Shown: piece by piece, positions 52,251 through 61,807 of the stretch
Layout: the number at the start of each line of letters is the position of its first letter
How positions within the stretch are numbered: the first letter of the stretch is position 1
Assembly: GCA_905480575.1 (NCBI GenBank)
Contig: CAJQQZ010000054.1
Coordinates: 31,210-95,209 of the forward strand
Direction: 5' to 3'
From: an uncultured Alphaproteobacteria bacterium
GTDB lineage: Bacteria; Pseudomonadota; Alphaproteobacteria; UBA7985; CAJQQZ01
Length of the DNA: 64,000 bases
The notes under the pieces: generated by a model
Seen by the model: only the letters and a program-made list of their open reading frames with translations
What the model was told of the DNA's origin: nothing
The model's database searches: none
Made by a program: the position numbers and the translations under genes

Positions 52251-54092
52251 TTATTCTTCTTCCTCTGACATTTCCATGTTTTGAATAGCCTCATCCAATA
52301 GGCGGTTTCTTTCTTCAGACAGAGCCATATAGCTGGTGTTGTTCAAAATATCGATAGTGGGGTCCCATTCTTTTGCCAGGATCTTCAGTGACGCGCGGTC
52401 GTGCTTGTAGAAGACATAAGACACCTGCCGGGCTTTACCGCGGGAAAGGCCTAGGTTTTCCAGCGCGTAGCGACCGGCTCGAATGGACGAATCGAAAGTC
52501 TCACGCACAACGTCGCTGGCACCAGCATTAAACAGAGCGTAACAATGAGGACGATCAAAAGCTCGTGCAATGATATGTAAATCAGGTCGCTCTCGCCTTG
52601 CGTATTCCACCATCTTTGTTGTGCGCTCCCGGTCATCAATAGCGACGACCAGAACGCGAGCCTCTTGGAGGCCAGCTGCCATCAACAAATCTGGTCGGGT
52701 TGCGTCACCGTAAAACCCCTTTAGCCCGAATCGACGCATGCCATCCACCAGGTCGCTTTGATGGTCCAATACAACGGATTTAATACCGTTAGTCAGCAAC
52801 ATGCGGTTGACGATCTGCCCAAATCGACCGTGGCCAGCGATGATGGCTGGCGCTTGGTCATCAATCTCATCATTTTCACGCTCATCATGGTTGATCATTC
52901 TTGGCGCAATTAGCCGTTCATACAGAATGAAAAGTGCCGGTGTTAAAAGCATGGAAAGCCCAACAATTAGCGACAGAGTTTTTGCGAGATTAAGGTCCAG
53001 TACAGCATTCCCAACGGAAAAATTAATTAAAACAAACGCGAACTCACCTGCCTGGGCCAGACCTAGGGCAAACAACCAGTTATCCCCTCGCGGAATTTTG
53101 AAAGCTTTGGCAATGGAAAGGAGGACTGATGCTTTCAGCACAATGAGCCCCAATGCTAACAAAAAGATCAGAGTAAAATCAGCAAAGAGAACCTCGAAAT
53201 CGATCCCGGCTCCAACGGTGATGAAAAACAAACCAAGCAGGAGCCCTTTAAACGGTTCTATGTCCGACTCCAGCTCGTGGCGATACTCATTGTTGGCCAA
53301 CACCACGCCAGCAAGAAAGGCGCCTAAGGCAGGCGACAGCCCAACCAGTTCCATAAGCAACGAAATCGATATGACCAAAAGCAGGGCTGCGGCAGTGAAG
53401 ATTTCTCTCAGTTGGGACTTTGCGATGAAACGAAAAATAGGCCGGGTTAAAAAATGCCCAGCCAAAATCACGGTTGCGATTGCTGCAAGAATAATCAGGG
53501 CAGTTGCCCAACCTGGTAATCCGGCCACTAGATTGTAACTGTGGGTCTGTCCACTATGATCACTGAACACTGTCAGTTTCGTGGTGGCCAGCAAAGGTAA
53601 CAAAGCCAGCATGGGAATAACGGCGATATCTTGGAACAGCAAAACCGAAAAAGTACTACGGCCTCCAGCGGACTTCATCAGGCCTTTTTCGCTGAGGGTT
53701 TGCAGGACGATTGCCGTGGAAGAGAGGGCAAAGATCAAACCGATCGCAAGCGATGTTTGCCACGCGAGACCAAAGAAAATGCAAAAGCCAGTTATGAGCG
53801 CTGTGGTGATTCCAAGTTGAAAACCACCGAGCCCTGTCAGACGGAATCTCATGCGCCAGAGAACAGCTGGTTCCAGTTCCAGTCCAACCAGGAACAGCAT
53901 CATTACAACCCCGAATTCTGCAAAGTGTTGCAGATCTTTGGTTTCTGTTCCCACTAAACCAATGACGGGCCCGATGATGATCCCGGCGAGCAGATAACCC
54001 AATACGGAGCCTAACCCCAAGCGTTTGGCTATTGGAACGGCAATGACAGCGGCGCTCAAATAGACAAAGGCTTGGAACAATAGAGATTCCAT
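52251..54092 (-). CDS. CPA2-family K+/H+ antiporter with C-terminal RCK/TrkA-N domain (KefB/KefC-like)
   Basis: 613 aa. Na_H_Exchanger membrane domain plus a Rossmann RCK (IAGHGRFGQ). Confidence 0.85.
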   Translation of the reverse strand: MESLLFQAFVYLSAAVIAVPIAKRLGLGSVLGYLLAGIIIGPVIGLVGTETKDLQHFAEFGVVMMLFLVGLELEPAVLWRMRFRLTGLGGFQLGITTALITGFCIFFGLAWQTSLAIGLIFALSSTAIVLQTLSEKGLMKSAGGRSTFSVLLFQDIAVIPMLALLPLLATTKLTVFSDHSGQTHSYNLVAGLPGWATALIILAAIATVILAGHFLTRPIFRFIAKSQLREIFTAAALLLVISISLLMELVGLSPALGAFLAGVVLANNEYRHELESDIEPFKGLLLGLFFITVGAGIDFEVLFADFTLIFLLALGLIVLKASVLLSIAKAFKIPRGDNWLFALGLAQAGEFAFVLINFSVGNAVLDLNLAKTLSLIVGLSMLLTPALFILYERLIAPRMINHDERENDEIDDQAPAIIAGHGRFGQIVNRMLLTNGIKSVVLDHQSDLVDGMRRFGLKGFYGDATRPDLLMAAGLQEARVLVVAIDDRERTTKMVEYARRERPDLHIIARAFDRPHCYALFNAGASDVVRETFDSSIRAGRYALENLGLSRGKARQVSYVFYKHDRASLKILAKEWDPTIDILNNTSYMALSEERNRLLDEAIQNMEMSEEEE

Positions 54093-54239
54093 CGGGACTC
54101 CTTGAAATTAGATGATTTGAGACCAAGCTTAGACAGTCATCAATAATAATCAACAACTATGGCATTGATGAGGGCTCGGACTGTGCTAAATTCAGACCTG
54201 TAAAATTTTTAGACCGCTATTCAGAAAAGAACCGGCCCA

Positions 54240-55955
54240 GTGCGCAAATATCTCGATATTGATTTGAATTCCCAATCCATTTCCGAACGTGAGTTAAAGG
54301 GACGAGAGCTCACAGAAGCTGGTCGTTACTTTATTGCCAAAACTTTATTGCAGATGGGCACAGCCACAGTTGATCCTCTGGGTGCCGATAATCCGCTGAT
54401 TTTTTCTGCTGGTCCCTTTGCGGGAACGAACTTTTCCAACGCCAACCGTCTAAGTGTTGGCTGTAAGTCTCCGTTGACCGGTGGCATCAAAGAAGCCAAT
54501 GCAGGGGGTACTTTTGCCTTTGCTATGGGCCAACTTCATATTGCCGGTTTCACACTTCACGGCAAGTCTGACGAATGGGTCATCATACATGTTCCAAAGG
54601 AAGGTGATATTACTTTCTCATCTGCTGATCCCTACATGGGCAAGGGTGTGATTGAGACCGCCGCTATGCTGCATGAAGTTTACGGAGAGAAAGTCTCTGT
54701 CGCTATCTGTGGCCCGGTTGGGGAATACGAGGGGCTACTGGGAGGCATCTCCGTGAGTGATGCTGAGAACCGCCCGGTTCGTATTGCAGCGCGCGGTGGC
54801 GTCGGCGCGGTTATGGGTTCTAAGAAAGTGAAGGCGATCATTGTCGACAAAGACAAAATGCCAGTCCTACATGACCGAAAGAAGGTTATGGGCGGTGTGA
54901 AGTCTTACGGCAAGCTGTTAAATGAATCAGTCCCAGTCCAAAGCTTGAGCAAGTACGGAACAGCCATGGTAGCTGACTTTACTAATCAGGTGGGCGGTTT
55001 GCCGGTTCGCAATTTCAGTTCAGGCCAAATGGTGGATACCTCCAAAGACGGTCCGTTGAAAGTTGGTGGCAACTTTATCCATGATTTGAATTCAAGCCGC
55101 GGCGGTACTGTCTCTCACGCTTGCATGCCTGGTTGCCTTATCAAGTGTTCAAATATCTATGTCGATAAAGACGGCAAGGATATGGTTTCACCTTTAGAGT
55201 ATGAGACCATTGGCCTGTTAGGTACCAACTGTGGCCTGTCGGATCCTGATGAGATTGCACGTTTGAACTACACAGCCAATGACCTTGGCATTGATACTAT
55301 TGAGGTTGGCGCTATGCTTGCGACCTTGATGGATGCGGGTCAGGCAGAATACGGCGATGTTGAATTCATGGCCGCAGCACTGGAAGACATCCGTGAAGGA
55401 AATGAGCGCGGTCGTTTGCTGGCTGGCGGTACAGCGAGAGTGGGCAAGCACTATGGCATTAAACGTCTCCCCGTCATCAAGAAGCAGGCTATTTCAGCCT
55501 ACGATCCCCGTGTGATCGAAGTGACCGGCATCTCCATGATGTACACGGCACAAGGGGCCGATCATACGACTGGAAACGCACCGACTTTTGAATGCGATGG
55601 TAAGTCTATTAAAGAACTGGCCGTCGCCTCGTACGAAATGCAGATAAATTCCGCCGTTGCTGACTCGCTAGGACTTTGTGTTTTTGGCCGGTCCGTGACC
55701 GACGTGAATCGCAAGTTGATTGCGGACGCCATTAACGCCGCTTATGACTTGGATCTGGACGGTGACGACATCGTTAACTTCGGCGTTGAAGCAATCCGGA
55801 TGGAAAAGGAATTTAATAAGGCCGCTGGTTTCACCGAAGTGGACGATGAATTGCCTGAGTTCTTTAAGCAAGAAGCGCTGGCACCATCTGATAAAATTGC
55901 GCGGTTGCATGCGCCGGAAGTCAATGTGGCTCTAAGAGAAGTTATTGCGGGCTAG
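54240..55955 (+). CDS. Aldehyde:ferredoxin oxidoreductase (AOR) family tungsten/molybdenum-pterin enzyme
   Basis: AOR N-terminal domain pattern (LIFSAGPFAGT…KSPLTGG…ANAGG) plus a C-terminal domain. 571 aa. Confidence 0.75.
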   Translation: MRKYLDIDLNSQSISERELKGRELTEAGRYFIAKTLLQMGTATVDPLGADNPLIFSAGPFAGTNFSNANRLSVGCKSPLTGGIKEANAGGTFAFAMGQLHIAGFTLHGKSDEWVIIHVPKEGDITFSSADPYMGKGVIETAAMLHEVYGEKVSVAICGPVGEYEGLLGGISVSDAENRPVRIAARGGVGAVMGSKKVKAIIVDKDKMPVLHDRKKVMGGVKSYGKLLNESVPVQSLSKYGTAMVADFTNQVGGLPVRNFSSGQMVDTSKDGPLKVGGNFIHDLNSSRGGTVSHACMPGCLIKCSNIYVDKDGKDMVSPLEYETIGLLGTNCGLSDPDEIARLNYTANDLGIDTIEVGAMLATLMDAGQAEYGDVEFMAAALEDIREGNERGRLLAGGTARVGKHYGIKRLPVIKKQAISAYDPRVIEVTGISMMYTAQGADHTTGNAPTFECDGKSIKELAVASYEMQINSAVADSLGLCVFGRSVTDVNRKLIADAINAAYDLDLDGDDIVNFGVEAIRMEKEFNKAAGFTEVDDELPEFFKQEALAPSDKIARLHAPEVNVALREVIAG

Positions 55956-55957
55956 CG

Positions 55958-56419
55958 ATGGCGCTGGAAATCCAAAGTGAGGATCCAGCCGATCCAGAGA
56001 TAACGGCTCTCTTGAATGTTCATTTGGCGTTCATGAACTCTTTGTCGCCGCCCGAGTCTGTTCATGCTTTGGATGTTGAAGCCCTGAGGGCGTCAAACAT
56101 TACATTCTGGACAGTACGCGATCAGGATGCCTTAATCGGATGTGTTGCACTAAAAGAGCTCGACGGGTCTCATGGCGAAATCAAATCCATGCACACTAGC
56201 CAATCAAAGAGAGGGCAAGGCATTGCTCAATCCATATTAGAGCATCTGATTTCTGAGGCGAAATCCAGAGGGTACAAAAGGCTTAGTTTGGAAACTGGAA
56301 ATATCGAAGCTTTCTATCCCGCACATCGCCTGTACCGTCGCAATGGTTTTGTATCTTGCGAGCCTTTCGCGGATTATAAGCCAGACTCGTTTTCAATCTG
56401 TATGACCAGAGAACTGTAG
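55958..56419 (+). CDS. GNAT-family N-acetyltransferase
   Basis: Acetyl-CoA motif RGQGIAQSILEHL. 2 nt after the AOR stop. Confidence 0.8.
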   Translation: MALEIQSEDPADPEITALLNVHLAFMNSLSPPESVHALDVEALRASNITFWTVRDQDALIGCVALKELDGSHGEIKSMHTSQSKRGQGIAQSILEHLISEAKSRGYKRLSLETGNIEAFYPAHRLYRRNGFVSCEPFADYKPDSFSICMTREL

Positions 56420-56455
56420 CCAGTCTCTGGTCATAACCTGGGTATTCGTTCTAAC

Positions 56456-56944
56456 TTAGTTAAGCAGTGTTCTCTTCTGGTATGACGTCAGATGACCGGT
56501 TCTTTTTGCACCAAGATAAGACTGGAAGTCTCTGATCGCACGTCTGATCTGAGGTCCACTGACGCCATCAGGGTGGCCGGCGTAAAATCCCCAATCATTC
56601 AAAGCAATCTGTATGCGGCGTGTTTCTCTCTTTGAATAAGAATGTTTCTTGGGCTTGGAATATGAGGTGTAACTGCCGTGAGAATGGTCATGATAGGTAT
56701 ACTTGTGTTTGTGACTATACCCATCGTGATAGTGATGGCGTTTGTAGTGTTTAGTTCCGTGATTCTGTTTGTTGAGTTCATTTATGATGAGCGCGCCAGC
56801 ACCTACAGCTAACCCTATGCCTAGAACTTTACCGAGGCGTCCTGCTTCGGCAGTGTTCGGCGTTGAAAGCGAAGAGATCGCTACAACGGATGCGATGGCA
56901 AAGGCGGCAACGGTCTTGGAACTGAATGAAGATCTGCTGATCAT
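56456..56944 (-). CDS. Secreted peptidoglycan-binding (PG_binding_1) protein with a His/Tyr-rich low-complexity segment
   Basis: Signal peptide. HYKRHHYHDGYSHKHKYTYHDHSHGSY repeat. C-terminal IQIALNDWGFYAGHPDGVSGPQIRRAIRDFQ. Confidence 0.65.
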   Translation of the reverse strand: MISRSSFSSKTVAAFAIASVVAISSLSTPNTAEAGRLGKVLGIGLAVGAGALIINELNKQNHGTKHYKRHHYHDGYSHKHKYTYHDHSHGSYTSYSKPKKHSYSKRETRRIQIALNDWGFYAGHPDGVSGPQIRRAIRDFQSYLGAKRTGHLTSYQKRTLLN

Positions 56945-57057
56945 GAGCTTTCTCCTATTGGTGTGGTCGGATATGTTTCAATAGAGCTATCTTCTCACAC
57001 CACCTAAAACTTGCTAGTGATATAGATCACGTTTTCTGCATTTTCTGGAGGTTCGGC

Positions 57058-58062
57058 CTAGTTGTTACCCAAATAACTTTGAAGCTTTTGCCAAGTTTCG
57101 GAGTCGATTTTCATCCCAAGGGATTTAGAATCGCGAGAGGCTCTTTGTTTTTTAAGGCCAGGCAGAAAGGCACCATCTCCTTCCAACGTCGTTATCAAGT
57201 CAGTTATGCGCCGTGCGTAGCCAGGGTTCCCCATCTTCCCAGGGTCGATGGCTAACAAAAAATAGCCAAGGTTCGGCGTTTGCTCGCCTGTGTTAAAAGG
57301 GGCTGACTCGTAAGACCAATCGGCTCCTGTTACAGCGGCGGAGAGAACCTCTACCATTAGCGCCATGTTGGCACCTTTAGCACCTCCAAAAGGGAGGAAC
57401 AGTCCGCTCAACGCCTCTACAGGATCCGTTGTTGGTTTACCGTCTTTGTCTTGCGCCCAATTGTCGGGAATTGTTTCTCCCCTGTCTGCGGCTTGCTTGA
57501 TTGAAACGATAGCAGTTGCTGTTGAGGATTGATCAATCACCACACAACGGCCATCGCTGGCTGGAACCGCAAAGGCCATAGGATTTGTGCAGAAGCGGGG
57601 CGTTTTCCCGCCAGAAGCTGGCATCACCGCTGGCGCTGCATTGGCAAAGCACATCGCGACGAGGTTATGCTGTTCTGCCAAAATTCTGGGGTAATAAGAG
57701 AGCGCGCCGATGGTATAGCCGTTGCGGCTTGAGATTGCTGCAAGCCCAAATTCCTTCGCCGTTTCCGCCATTTGGTCGAGCGCTAAATCAACCCCCAGAT
57801 GCTGCATGCCGCCATTGGCATTTATGGTCTGAATAATCGGTGTTGTCCGAGTGATATCCGGTTTAGCTTGGCCGAGAATACGACCGGCGCTAAGCGCATC
57901 TAAGTAGTCAAAGAAATGAGCGAAGCCGACGGCTCTGTTTCCTTCTGCTTCGGCGGTGACGATTGAGAGTGCCAGCGCTTGCGCATGCTCCAATGAGGTA
58001 CCGCAGTTTCTTGCGGCTTTGTTGGCAATCTCTAGGGCGTCATCAAACGATAGATGGGTCAT
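57058..58062 (-). CDS. Ldh_2-family (malate/L-lactate dehydrogenase 2 / Pip2C-reductase-type) oxidoreductase
   Basis: Start at MTHLSFDDA. Ldh_2 family length and motifs. Confidence 0.7.
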   Translation of the reverse strand: MTHLSFDDALEIANKAARNCGTSLEHAQALALSIVTAEAEGNRAVGFAHFFDYLDALSAGRILGQAKPDITRTTPIIQTINANGGMQHLGVDLALDQMAETAKEFGLAAISSRNGYTIGALSYYPRILAEQHNLVAMCFANAAPAVMPASGGKTPRFCTNPMAFAVPASDGRCVVIDQSSTATAIVSIKQAADRGETIPDNWAQDKDGKPTTDPVEALSGLFLPFGGAKGANMALMVEVLSAAVTGADWSYESAPFNTGEQTPNLGYFLLAIDPGKMGNPGYARRITDLITTLEGDGAFLPGLKKQRASRDSKSLGMKIDSETWQKLQSYLGNN

Positions 58063-58242
58063 GGTTATCCCGTTGCAATGATGGAACAAGTTATTGTTCT
58101 TTGATACTTTCATAGGACAATCATCGGACTTTTTTGCAAGCCCTATTTGCAACTTCTTCTGACGGCAGGCTATAGTGATTTCAGTAATTCTCATTCGCTG
58201 AATTGGTTCCAATTCATCGGCGCAGTCAGGACATTTGAAACT

Positions 58243-59652
58243 ATGAACAAGCTAATCAATTCAATCGATACCAACGCTGACGGTTGGGATGGCCCTGGTG
58301 GCCCTCAAGATTTGTTCTTCACAAAAGATGAAACTTTCCGCTATCCACGCATCGTTCGCACCGATGATATCTACCTCTATGAGGACAACGGTAACCAGCT
58401 GATCGATATTTCTTCTGGACCAGTCGCGTCCAATTTAGGGCACAATAATCAACGCGTCGTGAAGGCCATCCAGGATCAAGTGGCAAAGCTGCCTTTTGTT
58501 ACCAACCGCACTGGTCGAACCAACGAGAACATTGAGCTGGCTGCGAAGCTCGCCGCTCTAGCCGGGGAAGGTTTTGAGCGTTCTTTCTATGTTTCAGGTG
58601 GATCAGAAGCCGTTGAAACGGCCATACAGTTTGCGCGCCAATGGGCTTGGGCTAATGGAGAAACAGAGCGCACCAAACTCTTCTCTCTTTTGCCCTCCTA
58701 TCACGGTGGAACGGTGGCTGCTTTAGCCCTTTCGGGTGATGAAGCGGTTGAGCCGATCTACAAAGATATGGCGGTAATGCCGGAGCGTATTTCGGCCCCG
58801 CTTTCATACCGTCCTCTAGAAGGCTTGACTCACGAGCAGAACGAAGATCGAATTCTTAGGCGCTTTGAAGATCGGGTAAATGAACTCGGTAGTGAGAAAT
58901 GCTTGGCGATCTTTCTGGAGCCTGTTGGCGGTTTGGCATCTGGCTGCAACGTACTGAGCCAGCGGTTCGTGAAAGGCGTTCGCGAGGTCTGTGATCGCCA
59001 CGGTATGATGATGATCTTCGACGAGGTTATGTCAGGTGCCGGCAGAACGGGAGCCTTTCTGACGGCGCACTATCACCCTGAGGCCAAGCCTGATCTTGTG
59101 GTCCTCGCGAAAGGTATTGGTTCGGGTTACATCCCGCTTGGCATCATGCTCGCGCCTGCATCAAAAGTGGATCGTTTGAGAGAGCTGACGGGGTTCAACT
59201 ATGGTCACACTTCGAACACCAATCCGTTGGCTTGTGCAGTCGGCATCGCAACCATTGAAGAATTGACAACCCGAAATCTTATTAAGAATGCGGCTGATAC
59301 GGGCGCTTACTTGGAAGAGCGGCTTTGGGCCTTGGCCGAGACTGTTCCCGTGATTGGCGATGTTCGCGGATTAGGATTTCTGCTCGCTCCTGAAATCGTA
59401 TGCGACCGTCATAATAAAACAATCTTTTCCGCTGAAGCAAAGGCACCGGACACGCTTCGTCAATTAGGATTTGATCATGGTTTGTCGATCTATGCTCGGC
59501 GCACAAACAATGGCAAGTATGGTGATTGGATCATGACATCGCCGCCTTTGACAACAACACGGAATCAAGTTGACGAAATGATTGATCGCTTGGATCAAAC
59601 CTTCCGTGCCTTTGTTGATCGAATGACGGTTGAAGGCCATAGAATTGGCTAA
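58243..59652 (+). CDS. Class III (omega) aminotransferase, PLP-dependent
   Basis: Start at MNKLINS. DEVMSGAGRTG PLP-lysine region. Confidence 0.85.
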   Translation: MNKLINSIDTNADGWDGPGGPQDLFFTKDETFRYPRIVRTDDIYLYEDNGNQLIDISSGPVASNLGHNNQRVVKAIQDQVAKLPFVTNRTGRTNENIELAAKLAALAGEGFERSFYVSGGSEAVETAIQFARQWAWANGETERTKLFSLLPSYHGGTVAALALSGDEAVEPIYKDMAVMPERISAPLSYRPLEGLTHEQNEDRILRRFEDRVNELGSEKCLAIFLEPVGGLASGCNVLSQRFVKGVREVCDRHGMMMIFDEVMSGAGRTGAFLTAHYHPEAKPDLVVLAKGIGSGYIPLGIMLAPASKVDRLRELTGFNYGHTSNTNPLACAVGIATIEELTTRNLIKNAADTGAYLEERLWALAETVPVIGDVRGLGFLLAPEIVCDRHNKTIFSAEAKAPDTLRQLGFDHGLSIYARRTNNGKYGDWIMTSPPLTTTRNQVDEMIDRLDQTFRAFVDRMTVEGHRIG

Positions 59653-59655
59653 ATC

Positions 59656-60453
59656 ATGCCGAGGCTCGCTGCAAATTTGACTTTGTTGTTTAATGAAGTC
59701 GCTTTCCCTGATCGTTTCCAGGCGGCAGCTGACGCTGGTTTTAAGGCCGTGGAATTCCTCTTTCCATATGAGTGGCCTGCTGGTGACATTAAGGCCTGCT
59801 TGGATGAGGCAGGGCTAGAGCTAGTACTGTTCAACGGTCCTCCTGGTGACTGGGAAGCAGGAGATCGAGGTTCAGCCTGCGATCCACGAAGAATGGCTGA
59901 GTTCCGCAAGAGTATTCTATTGGCGTTGGATTACGCCAAAATCCTTCAACCTCGCTGTCTTCATATTATGACTGGCCTTACCCCTGTCGACGTGTCGAAA
60001 GAACAAGCGCGAGAATGTTTGTTGACCAATCTTGCGTGGGCAACTGACCTCTGTTCGAAAGAAGGTGTGCGGGCCCTAATTGAACCACTCAATTTGCAAG
60101 ATAACCCAGGCTACTTTCTTAGCGACTTTGGGGATGCAATGGCCCTAATCGAAGAAACAAAAGCTAGAGGCGCCATTGCTCCGATGCTGCAATTCGACAT
60201 TTATCATTGCGCGAAGATCCATGGCGATGTGCTTGATTGGTTGAAAAGAACAGCAGGCGAAATAGGCCATTTTCAAATTGCTGATCCCTTCAAACGCCAA
60301 GAGCCCAACCCTGAAAATTTGCCGCTAGGCCAAATTTTTCAGACAATTGACCAACTCGCTGAAGGTACCTTTTTGGGCTGTGAATATTTTCCGAAGGAAA
60401 GCACCCAGGCGGGACTTGTATGGACAAAATCGCAACCCTTGATCTCTTTTTGA
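59656..60453 (+). CDS. Hydroxypyruvate isomerase-like TIM-barrel (xylose-isomerase-like fold) protein
   Basis: MPRLAANLTLLFNE…KAVEF N-terminus typical of Hyi/OtnI. Confidence 0.75.
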   Translation: MPRLAANLTLLFNEVAFPDRFQAAADAGFKAVEFLFPYEWPAGDIKACLDEAGLELVLFNGPPGDWEAGDRGSACDPRRMAEFRKSILLALDYAKILQPRCLHIMTGLTPVDVSKEQARECLLTNLAWATDLCSKEGVRALIEPLNLQDNPGYFLSDFGDAMALIEETKARGAIAPMLQFDIYHCAKIHGDVLDWLKRTAGEIGHFQIADPFKRQEPNPENLPLGQIFQTIDQLAEGTFLGCEYFPKESTQAGLVWTKSQPLISF

Positions 60454-60557
60454 CGTCGAATCAGAGCTGAAAACTCAAAAATCTTTGACGAAGGCCCCCA
60501 TTTTTCTTACGAATTTGTCGCAACAAGCTTGAAAATTGATAATGCCGAGGAGTGGCA

Positions 60558-61715
60558 ATGTTCAGTAAGTTCCTGACCGAGCGTCTGTTGAGGCTTTTGG
60601 AAAAAGCGCCGTGGGGTTCAATCACAATCACCCTACCAGACGGGACACGGCATGATTTCGAAGGGCCGATCGCGGGTGTAAGTGCTGACCTTGATATCCG
60701 TGATTGGCGTCTTGCCTCTTCTCTCGTGAAGCACGGTGATATTGGTTTCGCTCAGGCTTACCGTGATGGTTGGTGGGAAACAAGTGATCTATTTGCACTT
60801 CTTCGCTACGCCTATGACAACGATGAAACGCTGGGTACGTTTGCCAACGGCAATCCTATTATGGCGCTGGGAACACGCCTCATTTATGCTTTTCAAAAGA
60901 ATACTATCAAAGGAAGTCGCAAAAACATCCAGGCTCACTACGACCTTGGAAATGATTTCTACAAGCTTTGGCTTGATCCGACGATGACTTATTCTTCCGC
61001 CCTTTACAAAGATAAGTCGGAGGGACTGGAACAAGCTCAGTTGAATAAGTACGACCGTATTGTTGATCATTTGACGGGGTCAGGTTCAGTGCTGGAAATT
61101 GGCTGTGGATGGGGTGGATTTGCCGACAGAGCGATAAGTCGTGGTGACTACGGTATTAAAGGGCTTACACTTTCCGACGAACAACATGCCTATGCACAAC
61201 AACGCCTTGGCAGCAAAGCTGATATTGTTATCCAAGATTACCGCCACGAGACTTCTCGTTTTGACCATATCGTTTCAATTGAAATGTTTGAGGCTGTTGG
61301 CGAGCAGTATTGGCCAACATACTTTGGAAAAGTGAAAAATCTTCTGTCCGACAAAGGTAATGCCGTCGTTCAAACCATTACGATTGGTGATCAGTTTTTC
61401 GACAACTATCGTAAAGGCACCGACTTCATACGCTCCTACATTTTCCCCGGTGGCATGTTACCGTCACCGACGCGGTTTAAAGAAGAAGCTCAGAAGGTTG
61501 GCTTGCAAGTTGCTGACACCTTCTCTTTTGGCCACGACTACTCTCAAACCTTGTTGGAATGGTTGAAGACCTTCGATGCGAAAAAGTCAGAAGTGATGGA
61601 CCTGGGATTTGATGAAGGCTTCATCAAGATCTGGCGATTCTATCTGGCTGGTTGTGCTGCAGCCTTTACGTCTGAGCGCACAGATGTTTTGCAAGTCGAG
61701 TTAAAACACGCTTAA
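60558..61715 (+). CDS. Cyclopropane-fatty-acyl-phospholipid synthase-family SAM methyltransferase
   Basis: VLEIGCGWGGFA SAM motif and CFAS-like length. Confidence 0.8.
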   Translation: MFSKFLTERLLRLLEKAPWGSITITLPDGTRHDFEGPIAGVSADLDIRDWRLASSLVKHGDIGFAQAYRDGWWETSDLFALLRYAYDNDETLGTFANGNPIMALGTRLIYAFQKNTIKGSRKNIQAHYDLGNDFYKLWLDPTMTYSSALYKDKSEGLEQAQLNKYDRIVDHLTGSGSVLEIGCGWGGFADRAISRGDYGIKGLTLSDEQHAYAQQRLGSKADIVIQDYRHETSRFDHIVSIEMFEAVGEQYWPTYFGKVKNLLSDKGNAVVQTITIGDQFFDNYRKGTDFIRSYIFPGGMLPSPTRFKEEAQKVGLQVADTFSFGHDYSQTLLEWLKTFDAKKSEVMDLGFDEGFIKIWRFYLAGCAAAFTSERTDVLQVELKHA

Positions 61716-61807
61716 TTTTTTCAAAAGCAAAGACTTGTAAAAATCTATTTTGCCTAAGCAGCGAATTTGCTTAAACTCCTGTGATTCAAAATTCAGAGGG
61801 CTAAGCC

